This document shows positions 60,879-64,000 of a DNA stretch of 64,000 nucleotides, piece by piece; the first letter of the stretch is position 1, and every line of letters begins with the position of its first letter. Location of the stretch: contig CAVYJE010000024.1 of the NCBI GenBank assembly GCA_963768705.1, positions 40,786 to 104,785 on the forward strand, written 5' to 3'. The notes under the pieces were generated by a model that saw only the letters and a program-made list of their open reading frames with translations, was not told the origin of the DNA and did no database searches. Source of the DNA: an uncultured Chloroflexia bacterium (lineage in GTDB: Bacteria; Chloroflexota; Dehalococcoidia; DSTF01; WHTK01). A program made the translations under genes and the position numbers.

Positions 60879-61095
60879 TTCTCGCATTCGCTCGAATTGT
60901 GACGGCTGCCTGGCTGCCACGAAACCGCGCTGAGTCAGCGTGTGATCGTTCGGTGTGCTGATGTCGCCCTATGACCAACGGCTCACCTGTAGATAGGACT
61001 TTGGGCTGATGTGGCCCCTGGTCGCTGCTGCGTAGCCTATCGGTGAAGAGAAACGGAGGCTGGGGCGCAGTCCTCGGCCGGTCCTGGAGGGCATC

Positions 61096-61284
61096 ATGAT
61101 CACCGACCTGCTTCCATTGCTCGCCTTCTCCGCCGTTGTGGTGATCGCACGCAACGTCTTCGAGGCCTATGTGCTCGACCGCGAGCAACACCGCTTCGAA
61201 GTCAGGGAGCCGGTCCGTGTGAGGCGCTCCCAATCGCATCAGGAAGGGCGCGTCGTGGGGAGCCGAGACCACGCGACACGCTGA
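61096..61284 (+). CDS. Possible 62-aa small membrane protein
   Basis: ATG 61096 after GGAGGG and one hydrophobic helix. No other support. Confidence 0.3.
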   Translation: MITDLLPLLAFSAVVVIARNVFEAYVLDREQHRFEVREPVRVRRSQSHQEGRVVGSRDHATR

Positions 61285-61360
61285 TGCCGCGAAGCCGCTG
61301 GCGACTGCATCGAGCCAGGTCGCCGTTGCCCCTCCCTTCGGCCCGGCCTAACATGGCGGC

Positions 61361-62188
61361 GTGACCACCTATCTCGCCCCCACGATGACGATCCGAGATC
61401 GGGTCTTCGAGTGGGGTACCCGCACGTACGTCATGGGCATCGTCAACGTCTCGCCGGAGTCGTTCTCGGGCGACGGCATCGACAGTGTCGAAGCCGCCGT
61501 CGAGCAGGCGAAGCGATTCGAGGCAGAGGGAGCCGACATCATCGACGTCGGCGGCATGTCGACGCGGCCAAACTTCCAGGAGCTGACCGAGAAGCAGGAA
61601 GAGGACCGGGCGATCCCGGCCGTGCGCGCGATATCGGACGCCGTGAGTCTGCCCGTGAGCATCGATACGTATCGATCGAGCGTGGCGATGGCGGCGCTGC
61701 AGGCCGGTGCGCACATGGTCAACGACGTCACCGGCTTCCGCCACGACCCGCCGATGGCCCGCACGGTCGCCGGGTGGCAGGTGCCCGCCATCGTCATGCA
61801 CAACCAGCGTGGCCGCGCATTCCACGACGTGATCGGCGATATACGGGCCGGCTTCGAGGAGAGCCTGGCGCTGGCTCACGACGCCGAGGTGACACGCGAG
61901 CAGATCATCCTCGACCCGGGTTTCGGTTTCGGGTGGACGCCGCCGCAGAGCCTGGAGATCATCCGGCGTCTGGCGGAGCTGCGCGACTTCGGGCTGCCGT
62001 TGCTCATGGGCTCCTCGCGCAAGTCGGCGATCGGCGCCGTGCTGGACCTGCCGGAGGACGAGCGCGCCTGGGGCACGGCCGCGACGGTGGCGCTCTCGAT
62101 TGCCAACGGCGCCGACATTGTGCGCGTGCACGACGTGGCCGAGATGGTGCAGGTCCGCAAAATCGCAGACGCCATCGTCCGGGGCTAG
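61361..62188 (+). CDS. folP: Dihydropteroate synthase
   Basis: VMGIVNVSPESFSGDG, DIIDVGG and SIDT motifs. GTG 61361; ATG 61385 is an alternative start. Confidence 0.9.
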   Translation: MTTYLAPTMTIRDRVFEWGTRTYVMGIVNVSPESFSGDGIDSVEAAVEQAKRFEAEGADIIDVGGMSTRPNFQELTEKQEEDRAIPAVRAISDAVSLPVSIDTYRSSVAMAALQAGAHMVNDVTGFRHDPPMARTVAGWQVPAIVMHNQRGRAFHDVIGDIRAGFEESLALAHDAEVTREQIILDPGFGFGWTPPQSLEIIRRLAELRDFGLPLLMGSSRKSAIGAVLDLPEDERAWGTAATVALSIANGADIVRVHDVAEMVQVRKIADAIVRG

Positions 62189-62197
62189 TCCACGTCC

Positions 62198-62716
62198 GTG
62201 GCCATCTACATCGCCCTCGGCGCCAATCTGGGTGACCGGCGCGCCAACCTGATCGCGGCGCTGGAGGCGATGCCGCCGCTGGTGCGCGTGGAGGCCGTGT
62301 CGGCGCTGTACGAGTCGCCGCCGCAGCCGCCTGCACCGCCACCGGCGTACTACAACGCCGTCGCGCGCATCGAGACGGCGCTGGAGCCGGAAGCGCTGCT
62401 GCGTTATCTGAAGCAGATCGAGCACGACCTCGGGCGCCGGCCCACGGCACGCTGGGCGCCCCGGCCGATCGACCTCGACATCGCCCTGTACGACGACCGC
62501 ATGCTCGAGACGGCGTCGCTGACCATCCCCCACCCGCGACTGGCCGAGCGCGCCTTCGTGCTGCGCCCGCTGCTGGACCTCGACCCTGAGCTGACGCATC
62601 CGGTGACGGGCGAGCGTCTCGAGGTGCTGTTGGAGGGCGTTGGGGAGGAGGGGCTGGTGCGGGTGGAGGGGAGCAGCTGGCCTGACAGCAATGGCACGGA
62701 TCTTGATCCGTGGTAA
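62198..62716 (+). CDS. folK: 2-amino-4-hydroxy-6-hydroxymethyldihydropteridine diphosphokinase
   Basis: IYIALGANLGDR, PRPIDLDI and IPHPRLAERAFVL motifs. GTG start 9 nt after folP. Confidence 0.85.
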   Translation: MAIYIALGANLGDRRANLIAALEAMPPLVRVEAVSALYESPPQPPAPPPAYYNAVARIETALEPEALLRYLKQIEHDLGRRPTARWAPRPIDLDIALYDDRMLETASLTIPHPRLAERAFVLRPLLDLDPELTHPVTGERLEVLLEGVGEEGLVRVEGSSWPDSNGTDLDPW

Positions 62717-62728
62717 ACTGGACAAGTA

Positions 62729-62989
62729 ATGGCAAAGCCAATCAGATTCGCCACCCGTGGTCGGATAGACAAACAAGGCCGCATCGTCATCCCCACAGAG
62801 ATACGTCAAGAGCTCGGTTTCGAGCCAGACGAACCGCTTTCGCTGGTGGTTGAAGGGAACAGCTTACGCATTCTCACGCTTGATCAGGCGGTCAAGAACG
62901 CGCAAGCAATCGCTCGCAAGCACTACGGCGACAAGACTGGAGTTGTCGACGAATTCCTTCGAGAACGCCGCGAAGACTGGGACGAGTAG
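62729..62989 (+). CDS. vapB: AbrB/SpoVT-type antitoxin (VapB-like)
   Basis: GRIVIPTEIRQELGF swapped-hairpin motif. Starts 12 nt after the folK stop. Confidence 0.8.
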   Translation: MAKPIRFATRGRIDKQGRIVIPTEIRQELGFEPDEPLSLVVEGNSLRILTLDQAVKNAQAIARKHYGDKTGVVDEFLRERREDWDE

Positions 62990-63368
62990 CATCGTCCTTG
63001 ATGCATCAGCACTTCTGGCAGTTGTCCTGAACGAGCCGGGAGCTGAGACAGTGGTGAGCTACATCCACACCGGCGCAACCATTTGCTCCATCAACTTCGC
63101 TGAAGTTGTTTCACGACTAGCTCGGGATGGCCTCTCAGCCGAGAGCATCAATAGTGCCCTTACCCGAATGACCTATACGGTAACTGCATTGAGCGCGGAG
63201 ACTGCGTGGAACGCCGGTCTCCTGCTACGACAGACCAGAAGCCTCGGTCTCTCTCTCGGCGACCGGTGCTGCCTCGCGCTGGCACGAGAACTGGGATTGC
63301 CCGTGCTCACGGCCGACCGCGTCTGGGCGGAACTCGATGTGGGGGTGGAAGTGGTGGTGTGCCGGTAG
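62982..63368 (+). CDS. vapC: PIN-domain toxin (VapC-like); no canonical start codon in frame
   Basis: IVLDASALLAV..., later ...LSLGDRCCLALA... and VLTADR give the PIN acidic residues. The frame overlaps the vapB stop, but the only upstream codons are ACG/AGT/AGC/ATC. Confidence 0.7.
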   Translation, partial: TSSIVLDASALLAVVLNEPGAETVVSYIHTGATICSINFAEVVSRLARDGLSAESINSALTRMTYTVTALSAETAWNAGLLLRQTRSLGLSLGDRCCLALARELGLPVLTADRVWAELDVGVEVVVCR

Positions 63369-63612
63369 CTACTCGGTGACCGGCGACTGGCGTCGGGGCC
63401 ACGGGTGCGACCGGGGGCTCGTCTTCTTCCTCTTCCATGGTCATCATCGTCCAGCCAACCCAGATCGTCAGGGCGGTGACGGCGAACATCGCCATCGTCA
63501 CGGGCAGGGCGATCGCGAGGTAGCTGCGGCGGGCGATGCCGTAGAAGAACAACAGCAGGTCAACGATGGCGCCGGCGATGAGGACGATGCCGGTGGTGTG
63601 GGCTCGGTTCAT
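63369..63612 (-). pseudogene. Small 2-TM membrane protein, probable frame repair near its 3' end
   Basis: ATG 63612 overlaps the upstream stop (ATGA). As assembled the ORF runs 60 nt into vapC. An alternative frame stops at 63369-63371. Confidence 0.4.
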
Positions 63613-63815
63613 GCCGTCTTGCCGGCCTCCATGGCTCGGCGCAGCTCCGGCGGCAGCAGGTTCGGGATCGACTGCGTGATCGGGTAAGTCTCGTTGCACT
63701 TGGCGCAGTGCAGCGAGCCTTCGACGACCTCGTCGGGCGTCTCCTGGTCGATCTTGAGCGTGAGCGTCCCCTTGCAGACGGGGCAGACGAGGATCTCCAT
63801 CATGTCTTTGCGCAT
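63609..63815 (-). CDS. Trm112/YcaR-family zinc-ribbon protein
   Basis: LVCPVCKG...LHCAKCNETYPI. ATG 63815; the ORF track starts at GTG 63827. Confidence 0.8.
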   Translation of the reverse strand: MRKDMMEILVCPVCKGTLTLKIDQETPDEVVEGSLHCAKCNETYPITQSIPNLLPPELRRAMEAGKTA

Positions 63816-63956
63816 TTGGGGTCGCACCTCCGGATTTTCTTCATTCTAAGTGGCGGCGGTGCACCGGACAAGAAACGCCCTCCGGCCCGGCCGAGCAAGG
63901 CCACCCGAGCGGTGTACAGGGTAATTCTGGCGCTTCGCTGCTAGGTTAGAAGCACG

Positions 63957-64000
63957 ATGCGACGTGGACGGCCGCCGTACCCAGACCTGCTGACGCCACG
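63957..64000 (+). CDS. Start of an ORF (MRRGRPPYPDLLTP...), possibly a LuxR-type HTH protein; truncated by the window
   Basis: Only 14 codons are visible. The motif resembles N-termini of small LuxR-family regulators. Confidence 0.2.
   Translation, partial: MRRGRPPYPDLLTP

Noticed and set aside
60874-61272. 132-aa minus-strand ORF
   Set aside because: It starts inside a REP element. It has no RBS and a low-complexity composition. It overlaps the better-supported small plus-strand ORF and the folP upstream region.

Overview
High-GC (roughly two-thirds G+C by eye) bacterial chromosomal segment with strong GGAGG-type ribosome-binding sites. No rRNA, tRNA or CRISPR array was recognised. The lineage cannot be fixed from sequence alone; the T-box, HspR/HAIR and TrpB2 content suggests a Chloroflexota/Thermomicrobia-like or actinobacterial-like organism.

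Gene content, left to right:
- 1-17.5 kb: a catabolic neighbourhood. It holds two SnoaL-like proteins, an MBL hydrolase, two enolase-superfamily dehydratases, a Gfo/Idh/MocA oxidoreductase, a cupin, a TAT-lipoprotein ABC solute-binding protein, a CMD/AhpD-like protein, a K+-channel-like protein, one IS481-family element, a DUF35 + thiolase pair and a formamidase.
- 17.7-21.3 kb: two envelope glycosylation-type membrane proteins.
- 21.6-27 kb: thrC, a secreted collagen-like protein, a MoaD-MoaE fusion, comF and a tightly coupled unknown gene.
- 27.2-32.3 kb: a heat-shock module (hsp20 divergent from dnaJ-hspR, then clpB) with a HAIR-like operator.
- 32.3-37.7 kb: small membrane and hypothetical genes, including a HEPN pair.
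- 37.6-50.4 kb: a minus-strand tryptophan super-cluster. Order is T-box(UGG) > trpB2 > trpS > CADD/PqqC-like > trpE > GNAT > Nudix-like > trpG > RHH/RelE > trpD > trpC > P-loop kinase > trpF > RAYT > trpB. No trpA is present.
- 50.5-64 kb: hicAB, a Zn-ADH, two divergent paralogous Rieske oxygenases, ROK-like kinase pieces, OsmC, HAD, a molybdopterin oxidoreductase large subunit, folP-folK, vapBC and a Trm112-like gene.

The window is saturated with several families of GC-rich hairpin repeats (REP-like). One family flanks a RAYT transposase. Others form tandem arrays, and one copy lies in frame inside a CDS.

Major caveat: from about 17.5 kb onward roughly 35 single-base frame changes are needed to restore otherwise perfectly conserved proteins, with about 13 in clpB alone. 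None is needed in the first 17.5 kb. This looks more like insertion-type assembly error than biology, but it cannot be settled without reads. Genes needing frame repair are typed pseudogene (as assembled).

No single gene set can be proven to be a new system from sequence alone. The best candidates are:
- the TA module, kinase and RAYT embedded in the trp operon
- the HEPN + orphan 78-aa pair
- the low-GC wHTH + membrane-protein island
- the REP/RAYT repeat ecosystem
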